Origin: Takakia lepidozioides
Lineage: Eukaryota; Plantae; Bryophyta
Direction: 5' to 3'
Length of the DNA: 64,000 nt
Assembly: GCA_030704615.1 (NCBI GenBank)
Contig: CM060732.1
Location: forward strand, 63,426,001-63,490,000
The notes under the pieces are model-generated. The model was given only the letters and a program-made list of their open reading frames with translations, had not been told where the DNA came from and made no database searches. Positions 11,401 through 24,915 of the stretch are shown here, piece after piece. Position 1 is the first letter of the stretch; every line of letters starts with the position of its first letter. Made by a program: the position numbers and the translations under genes.

Positions 11401-13864
11401 TTCTTGATGGTCCTGAACAGGGTCGCTCTCTGATGAGAACACAACAATCATCAGGGCTGTCTTGGACCATAGGGCTCTTTCTACTATATCATTCCATTCT
11501 TTAGAAAACCCCGCACTATTAGAGTTACGTTCACAGCCAAGATGGCTATAGTGCGTTTCAAAGGTATTCACAATCTCAACCATAGAAGTCAACACTTCAA
11601 CCTTGTCATTCCTTAAAGCGTGTACTTGCTGCTCATTTTCCGGCCCGTACAAACGCTGTAAAGCCAACCAGAATCATTACCATTGTGGTGGTTCAAGCTA
11701 ATGTCACAGTACAACTCTTCACATTGTCTTCTGAAAGGAATTCTATCTTGACCTCTTCCCTCCAGAATTTCTCTATGCTCCACTTTCTAATAGAATGTTT
11801 TACAGATCTCTTAGTGTTAAGAATACACCTTTTGACCTCAGAGTGAAGAGTCCACCACTATCGGTTCTATCAATCAACACTTTGGCATACTGAGGAAACA
11901 ACTCCTAATCTACTATGATATAATCCACAATTGAACAATCCCAAGTTTGGGTTTTTTCACTGGTCCACTGCAAATGGTCCAACTTCAAATTGCTTCCTTT
12001 GGCTAGTCAGCCAAACGGAAGTTAAAGGTGCCCCAGCCACAAGCCAGCCTTTTCATACAAATTGTCTGTTGTCGAGGTTGCTATTGCTCCTAGACATCCT
12101 AAAATTCTGCTTTAATGGGTCGCGTGCAGGCTTTGATTGCCTTGTGTAAAATTTGAGGATTGGCATGCCATATCCTTTGTTCACAACTTGATCAGTCACA
12201 TGCAAAGGTAGGTCTGACTGACATGGTCTCCTTGCATAGACCTTTGGGTTTGGGAGCTCTATCGTAGTTCTTATAATTTGCTCTAACCAGATCCCATTGT
12301 CATGACGATTATCAAAGAACAAAGCTATCTCCCAAATGAATGACTTTGGTTACAAGACAGCCCTTTGAAATCTACACTGATATCATCAGGTAAAATCACA
12401 CCACACTTGAGTTGAAATCACAGGAAAGATCTTCAGCAGAACTTATTTGCACATCTCAATCACAGGTACCTGAACTCAGTATAAGCAGGCTTTCCCAAGC
12501 CATAGACTTGGAGGGCATGTTCTTGCAGCTGGCCCTGCCTTCCCCAAGCAACTTGGAATCTTTCAAACCACGGGCGTCCAGCATACCTAAAACACAAGCA
12601 TAACAAGCTGGTAAAGTACATAAACATTATCAAAGCTTGATCCGCTTGCTCTATCTCCCACCCCCTCCCCCTCAAGACGCCTTACCATGCTGCATCTCTG
12701 TATCCAAATCTAGTGTATCCAAGTACTCCATTTCCACCTTTAGCCCAATGTTTTAAAGCAACCCCTTCATCGAAAAGAGGGAGAGGGACTAGCCTGTAAC
12801 CAGCGATTCCATATCCAGATTTACCGACACCAACCGCTCTCTTTTTCTGCTCTAAAGGAAGAGCGAAGTACTCAGCAGCATGCGCCTGCGTTCTTTGTAC
12901 AAGGGTGAGAGGAATGCCATGGTTGATGACCTGGTAAGAACCAGACATCACCTCAAATCGGTCATTTGAAATGGATAAGAAAGATGTCATGTCTGTGGTG
13001 GATAGACCACCCTGAGAAACAAAGAATTGAATGACACAGGAGGTACATGACAACACGTTCCCTTGAGAAACTCTGGAATGAATCTGGAGTGAAGGCTGAC
13101 CTTTTACAACACTACCGGTGCCAAGCTCAGTTAAGTTAATTAAACCAAAGATACTTTGACTGGTGTACCTGGAAGAAGCCCCACTCTTCGCATGCGCTGC
13201 AAATCTCTTTCACAATCTTGTGTCTCCCAGTTTGCCCTCCCTGTAAGCATAGTAACAAAGACCAGATCGAGGGTAAACTTCACAGCAAACGACTGAATGG
13301 GAAATCCATCCCCTTCACTACTGGTTGTGTTCACAAGGTGGGAGCATCTGCTAGTCTATACTTGGGATGTCTTTAAACCCGTTGCACCGCTCTTGCAGGC
13401 AATGGAGCATCATTTATCCACCCCCTCTTTAAACTTTAAATTGGACATGGAGACGAAATTCTGTAGGTATGATTACTTAGTTCGGCATTGCTGTTCAGCT
13501 CGCAGGCAATCCACCATTCATGGTGCGCCCCATGGATACCACACCACCACTGTTACTCACAATCAACGATGAGATGTATTGTCTTTTCATTCAATTTTCA
13601 TGTAACTGATTCCGGCCTGCTAGCCTCACGTTCACACACGCCAAAAGTTACCGTGGTGAGCCCGGACAGGTCAATGACAGGCAAGCTTTCGGATCCCCCA
13701 TAGTCGTTGTGGGCTACGGAGGGGCGCACATGCTCGGGCCACTCATAGTCAGCCATCAACGAAGATCCCTGTGTGTGTGCCAGTGCCGCCGGCACACCCA
13801 CACCTGCTCTACCTGATTCCCTCCTTGTCTCATGTGCCTGCTTCAAATTTCCACTCTCTGACAT
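8465..13864 (-). CDS. 2-oxoglutarate/Fe(II)-dependent dioxygenase, DOXC class (GA20ox/GA3ox-like fold), ~374 aa, 5 exons
   Basis: Exons 13864-13652, 13240-13169, 12930-12686, 10916-10589, 8731-8465; all GT-AG and in phase. Motifs: LPVIDLS, ACEEWGFFQVINHG, HTD, GGLQI, NVGDTLQAWSNGRFRSVQHRAV, RIS. Confidence 0.93.
8795..9190 (-). mobile_element. LINE ORF2 C-terminal fragment (intronic)
   Basis: Homologous to 9890-10036 and 36215-36400; LKFxLxxGSLP followed by a CxxC zinc-knuckle region. Confidence 0.7.
9537..10036 (-). mobile_element. 5'-truncated LINE 3' end
   Basis: ORFs 9830-10036 (RLKFKLRAGSLPL...CPLCGQSEDSIHFL) and 9541-9822 (...GRGVNGHKATANNIL*). Terminates TCTTATGAGTACA. Confidence 0.8.
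10081..10420 (-). mobile_element. Second LINE 3'-end copy with (CA)n(TC)n tail
   Basis: Paralogous to 9541-9850. Ends TCTTATGAGTACA, followed by the microsatellite at 10037-10080. Confidence 0.8.
11116..12350 (-). mobile_element. Internally deleted APE-class LINE (endonuclease remnant + linker + 3' end)
   Basis: SIVDYIIV at 11911-11934 and a degenerate GDFN-like motif at ~12015-12036. Linker-like ORF 11326-11667 is fused to the same 3' end as the other copies (11116-11445). The 5' boundary is uncertain. Confidence 0.65.
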
Positions 13865-13886
13865 GGCTGCCACTAGTCAGAAGCAA

Positions 13887-13921
<35 letters not shown>
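13887..13921. repeat. (GT)(GA)n microsatellite in the 5' region of the dioxygenase gene
   Basis: Read directly from the sequence. Confidence 0.9.
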
Positions 13922-16030
13922 CAGGACAGAAACTCTGGAAGATCAGCAGCAGCTTGACGTATCATTCAAATCTAATCAGCTCCCTTTCCTACGGGCTTGC
14001 TTGTGAGCATTTTCCTTAGATATCCGCCAGTTTGGGGTATTACCAATTGGAATACATATAGCTCGGTTTGCTTTAGTATGAAATATGAAATTGGTTCGGA
14101 ACTTGCATACACAGCTGATCTCAGGTTACTAATTTTAGGGCGGATATCCGTCGGGTACTGACGGGTATCATTGGCAGGGTATAGAATATTTTTTTCACAT
14201 CTTCATATCCTGATGACTCCATATCCGTTTTACACCTGTTAACAAACCGCGCTGCTACCCGAATTTCTTTCCGGCCCGCACGCTGGCATCGCTCTCTTCT
14301 CTCTCGCCGTGCGCAAACGCTGTAACCGCAGCACAGCACACCAGTCGAATGCATACTTGAGCAGCATTCCAATGCAAGCCTGAGGCCAGAGCTTTGTTGG
14401 ACATGCAGCAAATGATGTGTCTCCCCAAGAGACGGAATTCTCTACTAGATGTGGAAGTTTTATGGTTTGGTGAGCTGTTGGGTATGAGGTCTAAATGGTA
14501 CAGAGTAGGATGATATGCAAAAATATGTGCAGATCTGCCAGTGTTGTCGACATTTCTTCTGCCTTTCCATGTGTCTCTCATAATCTGCACTCCTTCTGGG
14601 GTGATGTTTTCGATATAAAGTGATAGGGATCGCAGTAAGCCTTGGGTGAGCAAATACAAGACACGTTTAATAGCACAGCATGACAAGCTGCTGCAACAAT
14701 TCTTTCAGACTGAGGCTATATAGTTTCAGACTGAGGCTTCACTCTGCACATGACTGCTGAGCAGGTGCTTTCCCATTAGTCTCTATAACCATGCTTTGGC
14801 AGGGAGGTTCGAGAAAGAGGTAAGACTCCACTAGTCAAGATGCTTCGGTGATGTCTAATGAATTTGGGAGTTTGTAGGTTTATGTGGTTCACTTGGGTTG
14901 GTATGATCTGTTCAACGGGAACTTGCTTCTAAGTTCTTAAATATGTACTGCATCCCTCGCCTAAACAATGAGCAGCTCCTTCTGTCGAACTGTAGGTTTG
15001 TGAGGCACCTCAACTTTCTAATCTTTGTGCCTGGACCTGTCAATGTAGTGGACTTCCAAAGATTAATTCTTTGAGTCAAAGGGTAGATGCAGACTTAGCT
15101 TAAAGATTTATATTAGACCCGCCCTCCGACCTCAAAATTAGCTCTGTACATTGTCTTCTAGCTTTACTGTGAGTTCTACCCTGTCATTCAACTCTACCTG
15201 CAGAACTAATAAGTGTACTTGAAATTCCCAGGTCCCTGAAATTCCCATGTCCCTGTGTCATTGCACTTGGGGCGTCAATTTTGAAACTGTAAGCTTCAAT
15301 CATATATTTGCTGTTCCACTGGGAAAAGATTCAAACACACAAGCTCATGTTAGAGCGTGACATGAATAGGGACAGAAATCTTTGACATCTCACCACCATC
15401 AAATAACATAGAGATGACAGTGGACATTCCTGCCATGTACCTTTCTAGAAAGACACAAGAGGTTAATCTTTTTGCACACGTGCATTTCAACTTCCATTCC
15501 ACCTCCATTGTGCCATGACCAAAGGACTCAAGCACCTCAAGTCTAGACTTGTCAAGAGTAATCAAGAAAGCCCCGATCACAAAAGTTACCACATCTTGTC
15601 ACTTCACGCTAGACTCTGGCAATAACTCGGAGCTGCAAACTTAGCTAAGGCTGTAATTGATGTACAACTTTGTCCCAGTATCGAAGCCCGATATCCCTGC
15701 TAAACTCAGGCCCAAATAAGAGCCTCTCAAAGGGATTTAAATATTACTGCACAGGGAGACTCCAGGTCAAACCCCTCCACTAGTTCACATGAATAGATGT
15801 GAGAGTTCTAAGTTAGGGCATATTAGTAACCAGCAAGGCACTCCATACTCGTGGGTCTCTAGACGTTCCAACCATTACTTTTACTATGGGTGGAAGAGGC
15901 TGGCCTAATCCTTGTGCACAAGAGTGTCATGTTGCCCGGAAACTATATACAAAGTTGGATGTCTCCTTCCATACAACTCCTAGAAGGCAGTCCACAATCA
16001 GCATGAGACCGGGGTAAAGAACAGAGGTAG

Positions 16031-19000
16031 TCATGAGGAGCTGGAGGCGGGGAGCTTTTTCTTCCCAAACAAGCCTTTACGGGGTGAGACAGCCGAGGAT
16101 ACCATTCCCTCTAGCACTGCCAGTACCTGCAAAAGCATTGTACGCCACATTCCTGACCATCAGACCTCTCTACAGTTTTATTGCAACCTATGTTCGATAA
16201 ATGCTGAGACAGGCAATATGCAACAGCGAACAAGTTGATAAATCTCAAGGTATACAGATTCTTCGTTTACATTGGCCAGGCTGGGCTTGGCCTCAAAAAG
16301 TTAGTGACAAAACCAAAGGAAAAGAACGTGAACACAAGCTTGACAACCAGACAAATAGTCTCTGTCACAGACAGCATACAAATCAGGAAGGCCAGCAGAA
16401 TTCACAATGCACCTCACTGAATTCAGGCCGCTGCCTGGGGTCGTGGTTCCAGCAGTGCTGGGCTAACAGAGCGAGTCTTTCCTCTAGAAAAGGAGGAAAT
16501 TCTGGGCGAAGCCCCCTGTTGTTACAATCAAATCCTTGTATCAGGAACCAAGGATCCCCAAAAAACAAACGATCAATAGCAACTTAGAACTGTCATTCAA
16601 ATCCAGGTAAATTTATATGCAAGACAAGCTGTGAATATTTGTAAGAACAACATGCCATGATCTACCCAGAGTTCACTTACATAGATGAATCACAATTTAC
16701 ATGGATGGCAGTTTTGGGGTGATTTCAGCTAAGATCACACATTTTGAAAGAACAGCTACCGGAAGTCACAACCAAATACTCAAGCAAACAAATGTATTTT
16801 CAGAAACTAAAGGGGAAAAGTAGGCATACCGCTGTACAACTCCAATTGCTGCCTGCAAGGGGCTTAGGCCAGCATATGGTACCCCTCCTGTCAACACCTC
16901 CCTGGTCCATGTTACCAACATGATGGTAGCTGTTAGTTTCATGTGGAGAGATGTGCCTTTACTGTTCCATGTGCACCTTGGCTATGGCATAACCTTCAGA
17001 CTAACCACACAGTATACTAAAGTCCTGGAGCTGGTCAACGGGTTTTCCCATCACTGTACTGGTACCAAACTCACATAATGCCCCACAGCTGATAACATTC
17101 CAGAGAGTGAGTGTTGCTTTAACAGCTGGATTGGCTGGATATGAGTGATTTAAGGCAAGAAGACAAAAGGAGGGACGAACAAGGAACTTCTATCCATGGC
17201 ATGCTGAAAGAGGTCTTCAGAAGAAGGAAAATGGAAAACCAGCTAGAAAAGAAAAGTTGTCAGAAGAAATGAAATGGTGCTTCATAACATCCTTTCCTTC
17301 AGAAGGAAGGAGAAAGAAAGGTTCATTACATCTGCAGAAGAGGCCCCATGGGACAAAGAGCAGTATGATGAAATGGTACTTTATCACGTCCCTGGAAAGC
17401 TTAACGTGAGAAACAAACGGAAAAGGAAAAGAGAGGGGCCCTCCACAAGCAGCCCAAAAGCAACTATTGCTCAAAGGGTTTGTCTAAGAGTCAACGCCTC
17501 ATGCACATAAGCTGCCAAGCATTTCGGATGCACATAATGGAAGACCTGTGAGAGATTGGTTACCATGAACAGACAATTGAATATCCCATGGATCTCATAG
17601 TACAATGGCCAGTGAAAGAAGAAATCATTTCTTTTGTTGAAATGTGTATTAAAACATTGTGTCTAGGTAAATAGACCCTGTGATGGAACGGCCCCACTGT
17701 CTTTCTTGTATCCTTCTAGAACTTAATGTCAGGTGGTCATGGAAACCAGCCAACCATACAACAAAATTGCAGTTCTATCCAGAGACATTCTTGGTCTCTG
17801 CGAAGATAGAACCTTGCGGCCCATTTACCTGTCTGCAGCTCATCTCCCTCACTTCTAAGGGAATTGGGGAGGTTCAGCCAGTCTGCGGACAGAGGCCGGT
17901 AGGTGGGACAAGCTTTAACGTGAGGAGCACCACCTATGCCCCGAGTGAGCTGGGAACATCAGCAGCCTTAAGGAAATTCTCAGGAGATCAGGAGATTCTC
18001 AAAGATGGAAAGCCTCATATAGGTGTGCTGCCAAGCATTTCTGATCCTCGTAATGAAAGACCTCAGCAAGGGATTCGCTGTCCCACAATAGGCAATAGTA
18101 TCAACCCTGGATAGCGTAGTAGAGAGTAGAGTGTAATCGCATCTACCGGTTTCTATCCGCAGCTGTGTGAGTCCCACCAAACCTTCCCAACACATAGAAG
18201 AGATGGAAGTTCCAGACAGGTAATTGGGCTGTAAAATTCTATCATCAAGGAGGACCAGGAAGTGTCCTGGTAGAAAGAAACTTCCATGGGAAGCTCAGAG
18301 CTCATGGGAGGAAAGGAAAGGAGCTTTATACCATCCATGTGAAGTCAAAGAGCTTTTGGAAAGAAAAAAAGAATGACAAGAGAAAGGAGCGGGGACCTCA
18401 ACAAGCAGCCCAAAACCCACAATTGAGCATCCAGAGATCCTCTAAGGTGGACAGCCTCATAGGTGTGGGAGGAAATGGAATGAAATGAAATCCCAAGTGC
18501 CCAGGGGACACCAGTGGGACAACACAGAAGGAGGAACGAAAGACAAGGAAGAAATATAATGCATCCATGGAGAGGGATGGTGATGTACCACATAGTGATG
18601 CCAAATGAATAGACATCTGCCTTGTGGTCATACGGCTTATGCTCCAGCACCTTCCAGAGTCCCAAACATATGCCAGTGTCATTAACAGATACATAATACT
18701 TTGGAGCTACATGAATACTTCAAGTCAGATGCCTGGCTTCAAAACTTCTCCAACTTCAAAACTCCTGAAGGAGTAGGGATGCCAACAAGTCCATTCATTC
18801 AATTTTCTTACATCTCTAGTGAGATAATTCTTTACCAGAAACCTGAGTAAGTACCTCTTGCTGCTAGCAGAGGCTTCATTGTTCATAGGCACCTACCATT
18901 CTGTTTACATCTTGGCCTATTAAAAAGAGACCACTACATGAAAAAACCAAGATGAAATGCAGACAAGTCTCAACACTACCACTCAACATTAAGTTATCAC

Positions 19001-22000
19001 ATGAGACAAGGACATTGAAAGAAGTAAATCAAAAGCTTCACAAAATGCGCTACTTGAAGGCAGAGGGTTCACACTAGTTGTTGATGTATATAAGGCAGCT
19101 CAGGGACTTGAATATTTACCTCAGGCGACATCCAACGGTAGGTGCCTGTCTCTGCGGTCATTTCGGCGGGCCAAAAAAATTTCCTCTTATCAGGGCCCCT
19201 GACAGGAGAAGGCTTCAATCGAGCTACGCCAAAATCACAAACCTTCACTACCTGCAATTCAAATACAGATCAGTACTGTCCACACCCCTTATGCCCCTTC
19301 CTTTGTTGGTCGCCCCCTCAACAAACAAGTTCACACAGATCAAATTGAGGCTTTACGAAGTGCCTTACATTCTGTTCATCAATGAGCAGATTTGCAGCCT
19401 TCAAATCCCGGTGCACTATTCCTCTCCTGTTCAAGCAAGATAGAGTGAGAACTTTGTATGGACTGGGAAATGAATAAGGGACGAGTCCTTTTGTCACAAA
19501 AGATGCTCAAGAATAAGAACTGAGTTCACCGTAATACTGGACGAATCTGAAAGAGGAAGAGTCCAAGAAGCCAATACATGATCATATGGCACATAAAACC
19601 ATTATTTTCCATGGTTAAGAGAAAAGAGATCACACCAATGACCGTATCACATTTCACACATGATTGTAAGAATGACTGTTAAGTTACAAAAAATAATCAC
19701 TTAATTCTGGACCAAAATCATGAGTGATAGAATTACATGGAACTCTCAGGCAATAGCGAGAATTAGAAAAGAGAAAAGAAGACAGACAATAAACTTCACT
19801 ACAGTCTAAAATCAAGGCAGACGCAATACAACCTGTCTAAGCCATCAGAAACAAGAGCTATACTATGAAAGACATCACTTTCTCTCACTTGTGTAGGAAA
19901 TCCATTCCCCTGGCACAGTCTCGAAACACTTTCACAGCTGCTGCAACATCTAAGCCACCCATCCGAACATCTAACAGATCTCGCACACTGCTCCCACCAC
20001 CACAGAAGCAGCACCAGGTAGTAGCATGTCAATATGCAACACCAATGACATCTCCTCTTTCCATATTCTATGTGTATAGTTCAGAGTATACCACTAAACA
20101 TTGTGTATAAGGATAGTGTACATTACATATGTTTAACCACTAGACCAAGCATGGTCTGGTGGGTACATCGGTCCCATGAGTAAGACTTTCTATTTCTGCA
20201 TGAGGAATTACGCCTTCATGCAGTAGTGGGGGTATGATATGTTCTTTGATTTCTGTAGTTAGACTTTGTCACATGGGCCTTGCTCTGCCCACAAATGTAA
20301 AATCTCTTTCATCTCTCCCTCTATCTCTGGATCCCTCATCCCTGGTGAGGACTCTAGCTAAGAGGATCTGAAGAGCTGAGCAACTTGCACAGATAACTCT
20401 TGAGCAATATTTGTAGTTGATGTATTTGTCGGCCTTTGGATTCTACAGTGATGTTCTATACCTTTCCCCTTTGGACCTTCGACATACAATTCCTTTTCTT
20501 CCCTTGGTTTTGATAGTTCTATGTGTTTCTACTGTGTCACTTGGGCTACTCGACCTTTTGCGAACTAAATTTCTGTGTCTTCCTTCTCTCCATCACAATT
20601 TGCATGCTGGCAGCCCAACAACCTAGAGACACCCCGTCAACTGTTCCAAGGCTGATTGCAAATGGAATAGAAAAGAGTGAAGGTCTTAGAGGAATCATAA
20701 AAACTGTGCAATGCGCCCCCAAACCCAGCGGAGAAGGAAACTGACATACCTCCCACCAGCCATGAGTTCAGTGACAATGCAAAGCTTGGGCCAGCATGAG
20801 CATGCACCGATGAACTGCAACAAGTTTTTATGCCTGACGAGTCTGCATTCATCTCCAATTTACTGCTATGTCAACCTCCTCTCCGCCACCCATCACTCAG
20901 GTCTGTCATGCATGAAGGATGATGCCAAATTTAGTACTGTGTGTATCTACTTCAAATTTCAATGTTGCTAAGAACTTTTCTCAATAGTAATAACCACGTG
21001 TATTTTATGCCGTATACATCCAGCTATTGAGTTAAAGACACTGAACAGCACACTCAAACTGCTAGTACAATAAAAACCTGTATTAAGGGACCTCAACAAT
21101 GAGCAAACACTTAAACCGATGGACCAAGGAACTTGAGAACATTCTAAACCGAAAGACATGCGCAAATAATTCAGATGGCAAGCTGAATTCAGCATAAACA
21201 AACCTGAAAGTCAAAAGAGAAAATGTCTTTGAAAAAGCAAAGATCAGAATCAACTTATGTGAGCTGCTGCCTGCAACAGTTAGAAGTTGATACAGATACT
21301 TCCACTTCTGAACACAAATTTGCACAGATAGGCTCTCAACATACTGAAAAGATAGCTTGCCCAGAAAATGGTTACCTCAGGATAAATACCTCCTGCTTAA
21401 ATATCTGCAGGCGTTCTGCTGCTGGAACTGGCTGCCGGGTGTCCGAATGTATGTCCATGTCAATGATTTTAATAGCTACATCTTGGCTTAAATATTTCCC
21501 TCGGTATAAGCCGCCTGAAGAACCATTCCCCAGCTTTTCGCCAACCACCAGCTGAAATAGTGCCACAAACTGGATGTTACTTGGACCACTGATGCACTAT
21601 ATCAGGATTCGCAGTAAGGTGAGAAAGCATTTCAGAATTGCAGAAACCAAGCTTTGACAGCTGATAGCTCAAGTCTTCGAGATTGAGTATTCTTGGCCAC
21701 ATTTTACTGCCAGGTCAAGTCGCACCAAGGATCTGACATAGACATAAAGAAAGAAACTTTACAATGAAACTTTTGTCTTCACAAAGAAGAGAATTTTTTT
21801 CACTGAAACCTAAGAAACACAAATGAATTTCTACCTCCACTTCTGGCATGGTAAAGCAAGGCACATCCAATGCTCACGCAGTACTTTAAGCCATCTGCCT
21901 GTCACATTCTGATTCAGAAAGTCCCTTGAGTCCCAGTGAGTGATTCAGAACATTGGGTAGACAAGAAGTTAACGCTGTTGTAGTTATCCCTTATGTCAAG

Positions 22001-24915
22001 AAAGTTATCCTTGGAGTTGTAAGGTAAGCTGGTGTACTGTGCCTTAAGAGAAGAAACCAGCATCAAAATACACCAAATGAAGTAGGCAACATTGGTATTT
22101 CCACAGGATATCCAAATTTGCTTTTGAGGTCCAAGCTGGAGAGAGAAACCATTGACATACCTGATTGAAGTCAACAGCCCAATCTTCGTAAGAAATGGCT
22201 TCTGCAGCTGCACGCAACTCGGCATCATTATCCCAGGGAGACTTTTTGTCCAGCTTGTTACTCAGAGCTAAGAGAACTGCTTGCCTAAGGTCTTCTGCCT
22301 GCAATATTTGGCCAAGGTGCTTGTATCACAAACAAGGATGTACCCAGACTTTCCACTTTTACAAACACGAAAATGTTAATAGAGTGGATTCACAAATTCT
22401 GTGGCAGCCGATTGTATATGAAGCAGTCAAGATAATCTCCAAACAAAACAACTAGTGCATGGCATCAGGAGGTTTACTGCAAGAGGAATCCATCCATCCC
22501 AATAGTGTAGAGCACAATAGACACGAGCTGCCATGGCACCATCGCCTAGCGGCTGCTAGTTAAGGTCCTTAAGATGTTGTTAGCTTAGGTTTTCACAAAC
22601 AAGTATAACCCTCATTTCCATTAATGATGTGGTATCTATGGTACTACTCCTACTCTGCGCATGCACAACCAATATGGTAATGCTCAAATCCTTTCTGCAA
22701 GTATAAGACTTTAAGTACTTCAACATCTCTTCAGGTAGAAAACAGCTGAGGAAGGTCGTATCTTGGCTTCAAATCAAGCTATAATAATAGGCTGGATCTT
22801 GTCCCTTGAAAGCCTACAGCCCTTACCGGAACAGCAACCAACCATACTACTATATGCCCCCAAAGTGAAAATGTTCTCAAAAATTGTGACATGAATGTAG
22901 AAACCCTGGGTTCAGATAAGCTAACCTCATCACCAGGCCACCCCTCGACTACAAACACCTCCAATGCCATTCCATCTGTCGTGCTGAACACATGAGCTTC
23001 CTGCAAAAGATGAACTCAACACATGTAAGATCAATGTTGTTTAAAGAACAAGTCACGGTGGGAGAACAAATGAAGTTCCATGTGATCCAGATCCAAAGAA
23101 GCACAGTTGACACAAGACAAAATACATCCATCAAGCTCCAACTTCTCTATCAATCCCAATGGCCAAACTTAGAGCATCTGGTAAAAATTCATGCTGGAGA
23201 GTATATAGTGAAGGAGACTTCTGACAGCTCCTCCAGACACACCTTGATATTCAACTGGAGCATAGAATTACTCAGTGCCGATGTAAAAGACTTCAAGAGC
23301 CCATGCCTATCTGATGTAGCAAGAGTGATTTCATATCCATAAGTTGGGCTCGCATCCTCATGCTCACTGTAACAGCCAAGGGCATCCTCGTCCACGTGTA
23401 GAGGATTGCTGAAATTCCCAAACATCGGCCGGGGGATGGGAATGGGGAGGCCGGTGCTGCCAGGGGGTGTGCGGGAGGGAGGAGTGGCATGGAGGGGAGG
23501 GGTCCCATGTGGAGGTGTCGACCTGGTAAAAGGTGAACCCACAGGGTGGACTTTTGGACTCCCTCCATGTCCCATGTTTGCAAGATTTGTGGTTGAGCCA
23601 AAGGCAGGTTTGGGTATTTCAATCCCACGGTGGTGGTGTAAGGCACTGCTCTTGAAAGCATCACCAGGAGGAGATCCAGAACCTAGTTGGACTTTCCGTA
23701 CATGCACTTGAGGGATTGGGAAGGGGTCTCCCGAGATCCTGCTGCTGTTACTGAGAGCCTCAGCCTCACGGGCCCCTTGAAGCAAATGCATATGGAGTAG
23801 CACATCCTCATGTCTTTGAGCATCAATGTTGAAAGTGTACCTGCCAACTCAAAGAAAGTATGATGATCATGATTTCAAACCTTAGTAGAATTGAACCATG
23901 ACAATAGCTGTTGTTGAATAGGTTTCTTCTGTCTCTCTCTCTCTCTCTCATCATTCTAATCAATCTGCCATTCCAAAGATGACTACAAGTAAACTGCAAT
24001 GGACTTACATCCACAGTGCTCTTGCTGCAATGAGTATTACAGAGGATTCCAACTTACACACTATCTGCTACTCTTTGTAGACACGGTGATGAAATTGTAG
24101 TTCAGCATATACCAGTGTTTTGGTGACGCTGTAGTTAAGCAACTGCATGCCTGAAGATTATGGATCCTATAAAAGCTGAGAGACGCAAAAGATGGCCATA
24201 TTCTTTGACTTATTTAATCCAACCCTCTAGGATGAAAGAAAGCCGCCCCATGCAATGTGTGGACATGATCCAGTAAAGGGGAAAGCAACCTGAGTCTGTA
24301 AAATGTTTAGCCTTTTATAGGTCGGTCCTTTGTGAATAGGTAAGGCATTACTCTCATACATGGGAGATCTCTTCTAGTCCTCATAGTGTCCGCTCTTCCT
24401 GAGAGCCAGACCAGAAATGACAGGAAACTATATGTTAATACCTAGTTAGCAGGACTGCCTGCCACCTTCTGTCAACGTATATGATAATCAACAAGCGCAA
24501 GACATCTTGGATGTGGGAGGATCTAGACACCCAGACATACGAAGAGACTCTACCTAGCCGGCAAGCGAGCAAAATGGTCGCGAAGCTCGACGCACACATC
24601 CTCATATCCATACGCCCGCACCCTCTCAACAACTTGCATCACCACTCTCTGCAAGGCATTCAAAGATACGAGGGATCGGCCTTTCTTGTCTTCGTCTGCA
24701 AGCCACGAAGGGCTCCCCATTGCCTTCGAGGAGCCCCGACAAAAACCGATCGAATTGAAGTATCCTTCACTGAGACAACTTAAGGTCCGCCTATTTGAGG
24801 CAGTTGGGGGATGAAGAGGCTGCTGCAAATGAGATTCCAAATCCTTGCTGCCATTGATTCTGTCCTTTGCTCTATCCTTCACTACCGCTCCGGAGCCATT
24901 CACCTTCAACTGCAT
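16031..24915 (-). CDS. ACT-domain Ser/Thr/Tyr protein kinase (STY8/STY17/STY46 family, Raf-like), ~687 aa, 13 exons
   Basis: Exons 24915-24554, 23840-23243, 23000-22926, 22298-22161, 21551-21376, 20842-20750, 19987-19889, 19426-19369, 19251-19120, 18650-18589, 16901-16830, 16515-16413, 16126-16031. Motifs: HFARLPARY...HEDVLLH, ACT-domain [49 protein letters not shown]. Confidence 0.95.

Noticed and set aside
20196-20227. Hairpin CTGCATGAGG...CTTCATGCAG as a Helitron 3' end
   Set aside because: No properly spaced CTRR terminus or 5' TC end was identified.
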